Source: Camelus ferus
Taxonomy: Eukaryota
DNA: 64,000 bases
Reading direction: 5' to 3'
Assembly (NCBI RefSeq): GCF_009834535.1
Contig: NC_045696.1
Coordinates: 52,702,001-52,766,000, forward strand
Part shown: piece by piece, positions 38,979 through 52,299 of the stretch
How the letters are laid out: the number at the start of each line of letters is the position of its first letter
Numbering within the stretch: the first letter of the stretch is position 1
Notes under the pieces: model-generated
Told to the model about the DNA's origin: nothing
Database searches by the model: none
Seen by the model: only the letters and a program-made list of their open reading frames with translations
Program-made: the position numbers and the translations under genes

Positions 38979-41314
38979 AAATCAATATATTTTAATAATT
39001 TAATACACTTTACTTTTGGTAACTAAAATACCAGAACAATAATTATCAGTACCCAAACACATAAATACCAATTTATAACACCCACTTATATACATATATG
39101 GATGCCTTTAGAACTAGTTTTAATATCTGTAGTGATTTCTGTTGTGCATCGTACACTTATATAAAGGTTAAGAAAAAGGGTAAAGTTTAGAATTGTAAAA
39201 ATTAGTACTGAAGGGATGGATGGATATCGCCTCAAAAGTGTGATCTGAGCTGCATCTTTTTAATGAATTGAAAGGCCTTTTATCTTTTCAGAGATGAGTG
39301 CAGCATTCAGACTGAATTGCTGGCCATGGCTGGCTTTTCTAACTTCTAATGCAGAGGAGGGGTGACCTCTTTCCTTTCCTCAACGTAATTTTCAGTGAAA
39401 TGATGCTTTTAATTCTAAGTGGAACATTGTGAAATGATGAATTGACAGGCAGTAGAATCAGATTAGTAATTATTAAAAAGTAAAGTTTTTAAAATTTTTA
39501 GCCTGGGCATCATTTGTTCAAGTAAGTCTCAAATATACATACTGAACCCTGGGCAGAGCTGAACTGTTTGAGAATGGTGGGGGAATGGAGATGCCTGGAG
39601 AGGCCCAGAAGTCCTTTTAACTCTGCTTCTATCCCTCGCCTCTAAATGGACCTTCTCTGGGCTCTGAAGGATAGTTTGAAATATACAAATTTAAGAAACT
39701 TCTCTTACTGACTTATTTCCACATGTGGCCAGAGAAATGGTCAAGTTGGACCTGAACCTGTCAGTCTCACTCACTGAAGCTGGTCTTCACAGTGAGTGTG
39801 GCTGACTACAGCCACGCTGATTAAGTAGTAAATTATGTATACTATTTAGAAGGTCAAAAAACTCCCCATCCCCATATTATAGTCCAATTGTTCGTCATAG
39901 ATAGGTTTGGTCTGAGTAACCTCTAGGCACAGTGTCAGGTACATTAAACTATGTTCTATTTTATTTTGGTTCCAAGTAGTATGGAGGTCATGCAAAATTT
40001 ATTTTATAAATAATATACTTTGTATATATTATTTATTTCTAAATAGCTTTATTTTATTTTTATTAGTAAAATTTTATTTTCTAAAGCCTTGTTTTAAAAC
40101 CCTACATCAGTGAATGTTGGGTTGTTTTCCTTGGAGCCCTTAAATTTCCAGGGAGTAGCACCACGGAAGTGGTTTCTGGGAACTGGGTTGTCTTACAGAG
40201 GCCAGGTTGGTGGAGCTCTGGGTCCTCCACCATCCCATAATCCCCTATTCCTCCACTGACTATTTCTGGATCTTAGGAAAACTCTGGCATTTTAACTGAT
40301 AATAATTGAAAATTATGTTGTAAACTTAAGGCCAACCTCAAAAGTCCTTGAGTTGTGGCGTGATTAAAACTCAACTGGGCGTGATTCAGAACTCAGCTTT
40401 TCATTCAGGCATCCACTCTATGCTCTGATTGAATTGTTCGTCTTACTAACTGATGATCTTCCCAGACATATTATAGGACTTGTCTAAATTCTGATTGTTC
40501 AAATTCAAGTAGAAATTGTTCGGATGGTTCATATTCTATAATCATTGATTTATAGTGCAAATTGTTTTAAAAAGAAAAAGAAGAAAGGAAGTTAGGTGAC
40601 TCACCCAGGATTACTAACCAAGGCTAAATAAAATGACGACATCCATAGCTTCTGGGTCTTTAAGCAAAAGAAACAGATTAACAATGCAACAATATTTTTT
40701 ATTTCTACTCCAATTGGCAACATAATTGTATAAACAAAACATTCTACTCTGATGAGCTACCACTTAAGGAATTCCATCTATGTAATTTTGAAATATCCAC
40801 AAAAATAAGATTTCTAGAAAGCTAAAGCCTAAAATCTGTCTCAAGAATTCTAAAAAATCCATCACCTTTCCTTCTTCCACTCACTCTGCAACCCCAGTGA
40901 ATAATAGCTGTCTGTGCCTCTGTCTAAGAGGATACCAAAAAGGAAACACCGTGTGCAATAGAGTCAGAGATTAACATCCTAAATGTCACTTGAATGATTA
41001 ATATCATGTCAAGAAACAGCCCACCTGGGTGAAAGGAGTAGATCCAATAACGGCACAATAATCTCAGGCTTAGGGTTAGAAAGGCTTTGACTTCTTATAA
41101 TTTCCAACAGACTGCTTGAAGACCACTCATACAAAGTTACAGACTTATACCTATGCATACAAATACCCTATGCAAAACCTTTAAGCGCTTACCTTTGGAA
41201 TGAAATCTCAATTATAACCATGGCCTACAAGGCCGCATTGACCCAACTTCGGCTTCTCTCTCTGATCATGTGTCCTACTCTTCTTCTCTCTTCCCCAGCG
41301 AGCCCACATTTCTT

Positions 41315-41451
41315 TTAATGTTTTCTTTTTTTTTTTTTAATGGGGTGGGGGTAGGTAATTAGGTTTATTTATTTAATGGAGGTACTGGTAATTGAACCCA
41401 GGACCTCGTGCATTCTAGGCATGCACTCTGCCACTGAGCTATACCCTCCCC
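41315..41451 (-). mobile_element. tRNA-derived SINE, camelid Vic-1 type
   Basis: Minus strand reads GGGGAGGGTATAGCTCAGTGGCAGAGTGCATGCCTAGAATGCACGAGGTCCTGGGTTCAATTACCAGTACCTCC plus AAATAAACCTAATTACC and a poly(A); pol III A and B boxes present; ccacatttctt is repeated at 41304-41314 and 41459-41469. Confidence 0.9.
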
Positions 41452-41885
41452 TCCTCAGCCACATTTCTTAGGGTCTCCTGAACACACAGCTTGTTCCTAT
41501 CTCAGGGCCATTGCATTTGCTTTCTCCCTTGGTCTTCCCATGGCTGCCTCTTAGCCCTGAGGTCTCCATTTGCATACCGTTTCCTCAGAGAAGGCGTTCT
41601 TGACCATTTGACCAGAACAGCACCACCCCTGCCAGCCCCAACAGTTCTACCACGTTATCCAATTTGTGTTCTTTGTATTACTCTTAGTGCCTAAAGTGAT
41701 GTATTTATCAATCTTTCACTAGACTTTCCGTTTCCTGAAGGCAGGGGCTTGGCATCCTTCAGCAGGGTATTCCCAGTGCTCAGAATGGACCCCAGCACAG
41801 AGATAGTCCTTAATGGACATCACCGATTAACTCATAATGTGAATTTCCTCTGTGGAGGGACTTCTTTTCATATGTAGTTTGGGAA

Positions 41886-42336
41886 TGTTGCCGCAAAACC
41901 GGCCTCTGCACCCCGAAGACGGATTGAGACTCGGAGGCCGAGTTTTGGGAGGATTAGAAAAGAACAGCTGTATTGCTTTGCCAGGCAGAGGGATGTCACA
42001 GCGGGCCCGTGCCTTAGAGGCTGGGGATCCATCCTGGAGTGGGAGGTCTTGAAGTCTTACAGAAAAAAACTGGATGGAACAGAAAAGGTGATAATCAGGT
42101 GCTTCGCAGGGTGCTGCTACATTCCGCTTAACCTCCATGAATCTCTCTGGTCCTGGGGGAACTGCAGAGGGTCTGTCCATTCTTCTGAGATTATCGTCCC
42201 ATTACCTTCTTCCCCGGGCATAGCCTCTGGGTTAAAACTATTGTATTGAAGTTCGGAGGTTACTTAGCACAAAAGCAGTGAGGGGGAAAAAGCAAACTTC
42301 AGGGTTTCTTAGAAGGAATCAGCAGTTTTAGCATCA
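41886..42336 (-). mobile_element. Solo ERV LTR, relatively young
   Basis: Termini TGTTGC...GCATCA, perfect 5-bp TSD GGGAA (41881-41885 and 42337-42341), many CpGs retained. Confidence 0.8.
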
Positions 42337-44514
42337 GGGAAGTTAGTTTGTTTCTTACTCCTTCAAGAAGTGGAATCATTTTATTTTTCAAATGTGAAGA
42401 CCCACCAAAAAAGCTAAGAATTTTTTAGACAGGAGTATGATTTTATTGCTTACAGCCCAACTCTCATAGACTTTAAGTAAATCAGCAACCTCTTTTCCAT
42501 GACCTATCACCCAGGCACCCAGACACCCAGACACTCTGCATCTGGGGGAGGCTGTTTGGCTCAGAAGGGAAACTGGTCAGAGTGTTAGAAGTTCGGGTCC
42601 CTAGGAAGCACCAGGTGGGGCGTGGGTGGCGGCTTTTTACTGAATAAAGAGGAAAGGTGAAAGAGAAGGGATGAAGAATGGAGTAGAAAATGGGAGAGGG
42701 AAACGGAAGAGGAAAAGTAGAAGAGGACAAGACGTGGAAGCTTCAGAGGAGGGAGAAAGAATAAAAAGAAGTAAGGAAAGAAGAGAAGGCAGAGAAGAGA
42801 AAGAAGCAGGAGCCTGAAGCCTGGGGAAAGCAGGACTGGCGGGGTGGTGACGGGGGCAGAGGAGAGGCACTGAGCACTGAGTGATGTGGGGTCCCTCTGC
42901 GGCTAGCATCCCCTGTGGAGTGAGCAGGACACTCTTACCTTCTTCTCTGGTAAGAGGGTAAGGTTTTCAGGTGTCCAGCACTCTATTCTTGACTTCACAA
43001 ATAGCAGGCCCTAAAGGACTCCCTGGCAAGTGGATTTTCTGTCTCCGAGCAGATCTAAGTGGCAGATGGAGCCCGGCTCCCCAAGGAGAAGACACCCCCC
43101 ACTACACACTCCACTCACTGTTGCTGGAACCCTTCTGCAGCATCAGTCCCCCAGCCAGTGCAGCCTCAGCAAAGCCACGGGCCCTGCCTCTGCTGGCACC
43201 CAGGCACAGAAAGAAGAGGCGAGGTGCGCTTCACTGCCCCACAAGTTTAAAAGGAGGCTTCTTTTCATCCTAATCATTCTGTATTCCAAGGCAGGTTTCA
43301 GAAACATTTTTTACTTTGAACGCATCCTAGGGAAAGAGTTTTGGAGTCACAGCATCCTGGGTTCTCCCCATGTGCCTTTCATGATTTGTTTAACTCCCCA
43401 GTCTCTTTATGCATAAGATGGAGATAATAACATTGCCCTCAATAGTTGTTGTGAGGATTTAATAATGTAACGTATTAAAAGAACCTGATGCAGAGTAGGT
43501 CTTCAGAGAACATCATTCTGCTTTACCATTTTTTCTGATAACCTGAAATACTCCCCTCTTCCCATATGGAAATCCTCTGGACAGCTCTCCAAATTGGAGA
43601 TAGTAAAAGCAGGGATCTTCTGTCATATTTTCATGCGTAAAATAGTTGGTGGAAAAGATTCTTTTGTCCAGTAAATAAATAACCACTTTTTTCTCTTTTT
43701 TTTTGGTGAACTAAAGTAACATATATCAGAGCATAAAGTACTACAAAAGAAAAGTGCATTACTTAATGGATACTGCAAGAGTTGACAGAGAATTGCAACA
43801 GCTGAGGATTTAGGCAGCTTCCTTCCTTGGAGGACTGCAGTGCAAGGGGAAGATCATAGACGTTGGCACTGGACTGCGTACGTCTGAATCAAAGGCTTTA
43901 TACTACTAGCTCAGCATCAGTTTTGTCATCTGTGAAATCATATAGTATCTTTGCTGCTGAACTTGGTAGTTGCTGGTACTAAGTAGACCCCATGTAACGT
44001 GCCTACTATGATATTTTATTGAACACATAGTAAGATAGTAAGTGTCTAATAGAAAGTCACCATTGTTTCTGGTTTCTTTCAACAGAAGCTGTTGGGAAAC
44101 TTTTTTTTCCCTTGGCACTACACCTCTGATTTTATAAAGAAAATGAATGGGCAAATAGGACATGTTTTATGGCCGGCAAGAGAGACACATAATGATTTGC
44201 AGTCTCTTCTGGGAGTCTGAGACTTTTCTATTTGTCTTACCTTGTAGCTCAGAAAGATTACAGGTCCTCACATTATCAGTAATGATGGAGCTTGGAAGTC
44301 AGCCAAGGCCACCAGGTAGTGATGTTAAGATTAATTTAGGCTCCATGTAATTGGTCCCTGAGAAACTGCCATCTAGGGATTCAATAGAAAATCTTGGGGT
44401 CCCTTAAGGGATATAGCTAATACACTTTTTCTAGGTAGATATCAGCTATAAATTGTTACATCTTGGATTTCAATCTTACAAACTTAGACCTACGAGGGAA
44501 CTTAAAAATCTCCT

Positions 44515-44672
44515 ATACCTGGGAACTGGGTGGTCTTCAGAAGAGGCCTTTAAACCTCTGAAATTATTTGCAACATGTTATACTGTGAGTGAACATGGAT
44601 GATATTCCCATGACCTTGTCTTTCATCAGATACTCAGCTGGGACCATGACACACAAAGATTAAGATCCACTG
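44515..44672. mobile_element. MER103-like hAT-Charlie relic
   Basis: tttcatcagatactcagctgggaccatgacacacaaagattaagatccactg terminus. Confidence 0.55.
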
Positions 44673-47600
44673 TCCTCGAACACTCTCCAGGAGATGTTGT
44701 ATTGTTGTGTATTTTAACGTAAGAGGAAACACGCTCTGGGATTCAGTTTGCATGGTCTGTCCGTGGTCACATAATGAGTTAGCTGCAGAAAAAAGGAGAT
44801 AAACCTAGATGTCCCAAGACTGTCTTTACTTATTAATATGCATAACTTCCATACTGCACTAGGCACTGTGGGGGATACAGACACATAATAGTGAATACCT
44901 GTTGTCATGGAAGTTGCAATCTGGCTGAGAAAAAAAATAGGAATCTTAAAAAAAATACAAGACCAGTCAAGACCAATATAAGTAAGTGCATGCTTGCAGG
45001 CTGCAAATTGTGATTGCAAAGAAGGAATTCAGAGGTCAGGATGATGGGTAGGGGCCAAAGGAAAGAAATGAACATCATTATGGAGTGTTGGTGAAGATTC
45101 TGGTCCAGTCACTCATGTCAGTGTGGGAAGGTGGGTTATACTGGGCCTGCTTATTAAAAAGCCTTAACGTGGTTAGAGGACTTCATTCTTCGTGCAGCAG
45201 TTAATAGAGGGAGAATCGAGGGTGACTGAAGTTTTTACTTTATTGTAATATTTTTGCTCCAAGAATGCTCTGATGTTTCTACAAGGTCTACGCAAAGCAG
45301 TCTACACTTACTGATTCAGTTCAAAGACCAATAACAATTTTAGTTTATGCGTTAAAAGTGGCTTCAGTGAACAGCACTTAGACTGAGCTTTTAATCATTG
45401 CTAAAGGACGGAAAAAGAAAAAAAATGTCAGGACAGCTTAAAAGTAGAACCAATCACAGTAGGTTGTTCCAACCCTATTGCATCGCTCTGTCCCTTGCCC
45501 ACAGCCGTTTCTTCCTGGAGAGCGTCCTGACTTTGCCTTCCACCCAGGCTCCACGGCTGGGAACGGAATTACGCTGGTGCCCTCTGCTGGGGGGAGATGG
45601 GAAGTTCAGCAGGAAACAATGGTGTCCTGGTCTTTGCACCTAGGGGCTGAATAGGTGCTTCTGGGCCCACAGCAGCCTCCAGGCTGGATTCATTTAGTGC
45701 TATTTACGGGGCATACCAGTCAGGTATGGTCTGGCACCATGCCCAAATTCATTAACCAGAAGGAGTAATCAGATTTTTATTGTAAGGAGATTGTCAGCTA
45801 ATTTTTAAAAGTAGTCCAAGGAAACACTCCCCTTTGACAGTTTGAGAGCTGGACACTCCTTTCACTGAACACAGTGCCATGACTCATGGTGGGTGGTCGC
45901 CATCGTGCTACCAAACAATACCTCCTGAGAGGCCAGTGAGACTCTGAGGCCATTTTTTAATCCTGTTCAATTATTATTTATTTATTTATTTTAATGACAG
46001 GAAAAGCACATTGATATTCATCACTGAATTCTTGGCTCAGCTAATCAGAATGAATGCCGTGGTGTTAAATTAGATTCTGAGCGTCTATTCGGGTGTTCCT
46101 GTAGTACCCTGCTCAGCTGACTTTTTGCTAGAGGTGAAAAAACATTCAGTTGTAATTAAGAAAGGGGTAGGGGAGTGCTGAGAAGGAGACCAAAGGAGAG
46201 AAGAGTTGTGAATTCTCCTGTGTGCAAATTGGAGGTGAACTTCTAAAATAAAATGATGGGGTGGGGGAGGAGAGCATGGATTATTTCCATCACACTATTA
46301 TTTTATTTTATTTAGGATCAATAGCATGGACATGGAGGTCTGCCTCTGGTTTCCATAACAACCTGGCTTATTGAAAGACTGCCGGCTCCACAAATCCCCA
46401 ATTATCAGCCTTGCAGGGCTTATTAATGGAGCTGAGGATCCCAGTGAGGCAGGCAGCTCATTGCTGGCACGTGCTTGGTGGGCCGGCGGGAGGGTGGAGG
46501 AGATGGGAAGGGGCTTTTGTGGTGAGACAGCAGCCATTTGTCCCCCTGTCACTGAGTGGGGTGCAAGGCATTCAGGAGACCATGTGAGCGTCTCCTGAAG
46601 CCTTGAGTGGCAGGGACAGCTGTTGTAGGCAGCCCAGAAATCGAAGTGGAGATTGTTATTTCCAGGCCCACCCCGAAGCCATTCATCTGGAATAAATCCA
46701 TATGAATGTATCACACGCCCCGTATGTTTATTGAGCTCCTATAATTAATTGAGGCTTCCTCACAAAGACAATGGTGACTCTATATTTCTAATATTAACTC
46801 AAGCTTTAATTAACATGTGAAGCCAACCTAATGCATATTAGATAGCTTTGAATTACTCAGTCTTTGGTCTGGTGTTGGCTTATTAAGTCCTCACCATTGA
46901 ATAACTGCAATAGCAACAATCATACTGACGATGATAACAATATAAACACCATTTACTTGTCTTGTGCCAGGCTCTCTGCTAAATGCTCTACGTAGGGTTT
47001 CTTGTTTAAGCCTCATAATAACCCAATGATGAGCAGCTTCATTGTCCCTTTTACTGAAGTAAGGGAACTTAGAGGACTTCTCTCAGGCCACATGGCTAGT
47101 GAGTGTGAATACATCGGAGTCTCATTTCTGCTCCCTGCATATAACTTCTTTTATTTTCCTCTTATTATTTAATTTGGATGGCCTCGAGACAGGAAAGGAA
47201 TAGCATGTTTATAGTAAATTCTGTGTTCTCCAATGTGATTGGAGAATGGAACATTCTGGTTAATCAAATGTTTTGATTAATAATTGCCATCTGTGTCATT
47301 ATTGAATTTCCAATTGGGAAAGGTTTGGGATATAATAAAATACAGACATTACAAGTATAGTAATCATAGTCATAAAATGCTTTAGGACTATTATACAGAT
47401 GTCAATTTTTATTGTGATGCAAACATGTTCATTGATAAATATGTCTGTTTGACAGAATGCCAGATTTTTTTTTTTTGTAGCAGAGAAAGAGCAATGCCTG
47501 AACACTATGAATTTTATATATTTCAAAGTACTTTATGTGAACCACCACTGAAGTGCCATGTGATCAGAAAAAAATCTTTTGGGGTCTTTCAGAGTTAAAG

Positions 47601-47879
47601 GATATCAGTGCTTGGAAAACTTCAAACTCATTAAATACTCTGGATCCCTAGACTGTGTTTTTATTAAACCAGAACCTTACACTATGGAAAATGAAATACG
47701 ATGCTCCCTTGAGGTGGTTCAATCCAAATCTGTCATAAAGCACTATGACAGGAAATCCAGGTTGGCCGAATTTTCATCATAGCTGCTCAAACGATTTTTT
47801 TTATGCTTTTAGTCTCCAAAACCAACAATAGAACTTGTTCACAAGGACCCTGTCTTATCAAGGATTAAGAGAAGGGCTG

Positions 47880-48100
47880 TTTTATTTCGTACTTACTGAG
47901 CGTATCATCTAAGCTTTTTAGGCGTCTCATACTTCATAACACCTCTGTGAGGTAGGTACTATCTCTACTCTATAGATGGAGAAATTGAGGTGCAGAGAGC
48001 TTATACAACAGGCTCAGAGCATCCCCTCTGGGACATGGTGGGTTCTCAGTGTGAACTCAGGTTGTCCAGCCCTGAGTCTGTATTTCTAACCAGAGCTGTC
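47880..48100 (-). mobile_element. MIR SINE
   Basis: ctgtgaggtaggtactatctctactctatagatggagaaattgaggtgcagagag. Confidence 0.65.
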
Positions 48101-48149
48101 TATATTCAGTGTGTCAAATCTGCGTCTTCCTAGTCTCTCTTAAATTCAC

Positions 48150-49320
48150 AGCAGTCACACCTACCCTCCCAACTTTCTGCTGAAACAAATTTTGCCAAAG
48201 TCACAAATGACTTCCTCGTTGCTAAAATCCAGCACTCAGTTCTGTGGCCGCATCTTCTTTGACTTACCGTAGCATTTCATAGTTGATCATTTTCTACTCT
48301 TTGAAATATTTTAGTTACTGCTCTTCCAGCCTATTACTTATTCTTGACTTTTCTCCTGACACATTGACCATTCTCTTCCAGTGTCCCTTGCCCTTGCTTC
48401 TTCATCTCCTGTTTTCTAATTATTGGAGTCCCCACAGCTCAGTCTGGGGCTTCCTATTCTCTGTTACGTCTGGTCCTTTGGTGATCTCTCCCAGGTCACG
48501 GCTTCCAATACCGCCTACCACCTGGTGAACCCGTGTTCCACCTGTGGCCCAGACCTCTTTCCCCACTCCTGACAGCAGCTTACTCAACTTGTGTATCTAA
48601 TAGGCACCTCAGACTAAACATTTTGAAACCAAAACTCCTGTCTTTTCTCCCTAAACCTGCTCCTTCTTGATTCTTCCTCGTCTCAGGAGATGGCAAGGCT
48701 GTCTTTTCCTGAGGCTCAGATCACATCTCTTGGAATTATCACCGACTTCTTTCTTTTCCAGTATTAAATCTGTCAGCAAATCTTGTTGGCTCCATGTTCA
48801 GTGTCTGTATCTAGAATCTGAGCACAATTCACTTTCTCTTGCACTCATCTGATGTCAATAAAAGCCAAGTTCTTAAAATGGCCACCAAGCCCTCCATGAC
48901 TAACACACACATGGGTCCCCACTTGGAGTTCATCTTCTCCCTTTCTTGCTCTCTTCTAGCAATACTGTCTGTGCTACAGCTCCACCAACCACAAGTGCTC
49001 ACGTCCAGGGCACTTGTACTACTGACCCTCTGCCTAGAAACATCTCCCCTTTCAATGCTCATATAGTTCACCCTCTAACCTTCTTCAGCTCCTGTTCACA
49101 CATCACCTCCTCAACGAGACTTTCTCTCATTCTCTCGTCTCCTTCCTGACCACCACCTAACATGCTATATATTTTACCTATTTATTTATAGAATATTTTA
49201 AGTCCCGTGACACATGAACAGGGTATTTTTTGTTTGTTTGTTTGTTTTATTGTTCTTTTGTGCACGGCTATATCCCCAGCAACTAGAACAGGTACAGAAT
49301 ACTCAATAGATGTGTGAGAA
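48150..49320 (+). mobile_element. LINE-2 3' region
   Basis: ccaaagtcacaaatgacttcctcgttgctaaaatcc ... tctgtcagcaaatcttgttggctcc ... tactcaatagatg, typical of L2. Confidence 0.75.
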
Positions 49321-51897
49321 GGAAGATGCCTGCTTAGTCAAGCAGAGTAGCTGAGTCAGTCTCCACTCAGCACTTAGGTGGCAAAGATGCCCCTAAGCCA
49401 CTCTCACATTCAGTTGGTTTTCTCCTCCTTGCCACTGAAAAAGCTTCCCCTCTGCCACCCGGACAGACATTCCCCCATCTTCCTTCGCCTTTGCAGTTCC
49501 TTGGTGACTCCTGTGGTTCTCACATGTAATGCCGTCCCTCCTAATGATTAGAAGATATTGGCAGCTGAGCAATGACTGTAACTGGGCACCAGGGGACCAG
49601 ATCTGTGTCCTAGTCTTCCTGCTTTATAGTCACTCCCTACATGGAGCACAAGACATAGGGAAGAAAGTGGTTTCATCTCCCCATACAGAGGATGCATTTC
49701 TAAAAGAGAACCATTTTAGCAATTCCAAACCCCTGGGAATTCTGCCCTGACTGGAAATAGGTGATACAGACACATCTTTGCTTAGGAGTGAGCTGACTTT
49801 CTTCCAAGTTAAGTCATTAAATCAAGATCATAGAAGCTTTAATGTCTAATAAAGAATTTCTGGTGGATTAAAATGTTCTATTTACAAATTATAGTTAACT
49901 CAGTATTTACCTATTTGTCGCCCTTTTTGAGTATGTTGAATTTGCCTGCATGTTGATTGTAGCTCAACAGGATTGGAACATTTTTTCATACAAGAGCATT
50001 TCTTTGGAGGAACCACTGCATAAAAAATTACAGAATAAATACATGTGCATATATATGAATATATATGTGTGTGTATCTGTTGTTTTGATCACTCAGAGTC
50101 CAAGGATTAACTCTCATACCATCTATTAGCTTTGCACAATTAGAAAACAGTTTTATGACCCAGATAATGCCAATAAAACCAGCAGGTCCTCTGTTAGATT
50201 CTAGCTGTGGTGGGTAAGATTGCCTGAGTAAAGGCAAAACACTGTGAGACACACAATAAATCTAATTTGCATAGTTGTAGACAAACTTTGGTGAGAAAGG
50301 GCTGCTCTGCACTACCAAAGGGCCTGGAGGTCCCTGGGGGTGTATTTGGGTGTGGTGGTACTTGGTCAAGGAAGTGGAGTGGACAGATGTAGGTAGGGGG
50401 TGGGAGTGGGCACAAAATTAGGTGATGGGGAGTGGGGGGTTGGGGTGCCAGTGCTACTTAAAAATTCCCATCCAAAAGAAATGTGTGGTGGAAAGGGACC
50501 ATGGATATGGCAAGCAACTGAAAAGCTTTAAAATCTATGGATTGGAAACCTCTGATGCCAGGCATCTGTGTATGAAAACAGCTAAGTCTGCATGGTGGAT
50601 GAAGTGGCCCTGAACTGCTATCTCTTCATTTCTCACTCACTGTGCCCACCACCAGCCTCCTTTGTTTGAACCCGCAGCCCAACCCTCGCCGATGACAAGG
50701 GGAAGGGGGAGCAGCAGGAAGGGCGAACGCTTCAGGTACGAAGAGCTGTGATTAGTCTGCATTGCTGGGCGCCTGCGAAGGTGGCAGCCATTCTTGGGGA
50801 CTGGAATTTCCCACTCCCGAGACTTCCTCGGGCAGTTGTTGATGGCGTGTGTTTACTGTGGAAAGCTTTGGTTGACTGAGGAAGTGCCTTGGCACCAGCA
50901 GGAGGCTGATGGGAATATAATCATTCCAGCTCAGCTATTCATCTTCAGCAACCTGTGTCCCGACACCTGCCGGGAATGGCAGATTTGTACCTTGTCACCA
51001 CGTGTGGAATGTGCATGAGAAAAATGGTAACGAGGTTAATGCTCCCCTTCGCAGAGAGTTCTGTTTTCTCTCGTTCACTCCGGTGTTACTCTGACACTCT
51101 CTGCCATTACTCCCAACCTTCCTTCCTCTACCCCCCACCGCCAAGCTCCCACCAGGATCTCCTGAGAGTCGTTACTCCTCAGCCCATCAGCCAAAGTTGT
51201 GGGTTTCCATGGTTACCCGGCAGCTGGTGTCTAGACACTGAGAGATGCCTTGCAATTGAGCTTCGGATCTAGCTTCTGTCACACACACCCTCTCCTCCCA
51301 CCTCCTCTTTCCTCCCATTTCCGCTGCATTTACAGCAGGCACTAATGCCAGCACAGGATGGAATTTCCTCTTGACAGGCCATTAAAGGAAGGAGGGGAAG
51401 AGAGAGGGTGAGAAACCCAAACTTGCTGTCCCGTCATATCAGTGAAGTGAGAAAACAACTGAAGTGACAGACCCAATGCGGCACGTTCTTTCCTCCTTAG
51501 GAAGGATTTTATTTAATTAAAATATTTTAGATTAGGAAACAGTGCCACTAGTCCTTTGGGAGCCATAAGCATCTTTAATAGCCAGTAAAAGCCTTTCAGG
51601 ATATGGCTTCAGTGATGACACAGGGCTGGGGTAGAATCTGTTCACCATCTCTGAGCAATCAGTGTAATTTCTCTTTCCACGCTCTGGGGAGTCGCCCGCT
51701 CATACGCATTACTAGCTGGAGAGCTCTGGAGTGGGATACAGGCATATCCAAGGAAGGGCCTTCACAGTGACACCTCAGGTCTAGAAAAGGCAAGTTTAAT
51801 CTCTCCCCTGTTTCTCCCGCAGCCAGGAGCTGGCCTGGCACTTGGAGATAGGCCTTAGTATTCTCCTGTTAACAGAAGCAGTTTCGTAGAACACCAG

Positions 51898-52299
51898 TGT
51901 CAGACTTCGTGTGATGGTTCAAGACACAGGACCGCCATAGTCACATCCGAACACAGACGAAGTATGGACATTGTCTAAACCACAAGTTGGCCAGATATTT
52001 CCCTAGCCTGGCTATATGAATGGTGATGCTTACCTCCGTCTTCCTTCTAGATAATATTTATTGAGATGCCCAGCCATAAAAGGACACCTGTTTCATTACA
52101 GCATCCAGTAAAGATTAAAGCTCTGCTTCCTTGACTCCACCTCTGCATCCCTTAGCACAAGCCTTTCTAAGCTAATTGGTCCTTTCTAACCCCCTCCGAC
52201 TGCCGTGCCTCGCGGTTCCCATGGTGTGTGCTCTTCCTGCTGTTAGTAAACCCAGCTCTGTTCAACTATGGGTAGGTAGTCTTTTGCTAGACTTTACCA
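51898..52299 (+). mobile_element. Old ERV LTR-like element
   Basis: TG...CA bounded segment with an LTR-like U5 end (cccatggtgtgtgctcttcctgctgttagtaaaccc); family uncertain. Confidence 0.5.

Noticed and set aside
41378..41451. Possible tRNA gene
   Set aside because: It is a SINE head: followed by the SINE tail and poly(A), flanked by a direct repeat, with a degenerate B box
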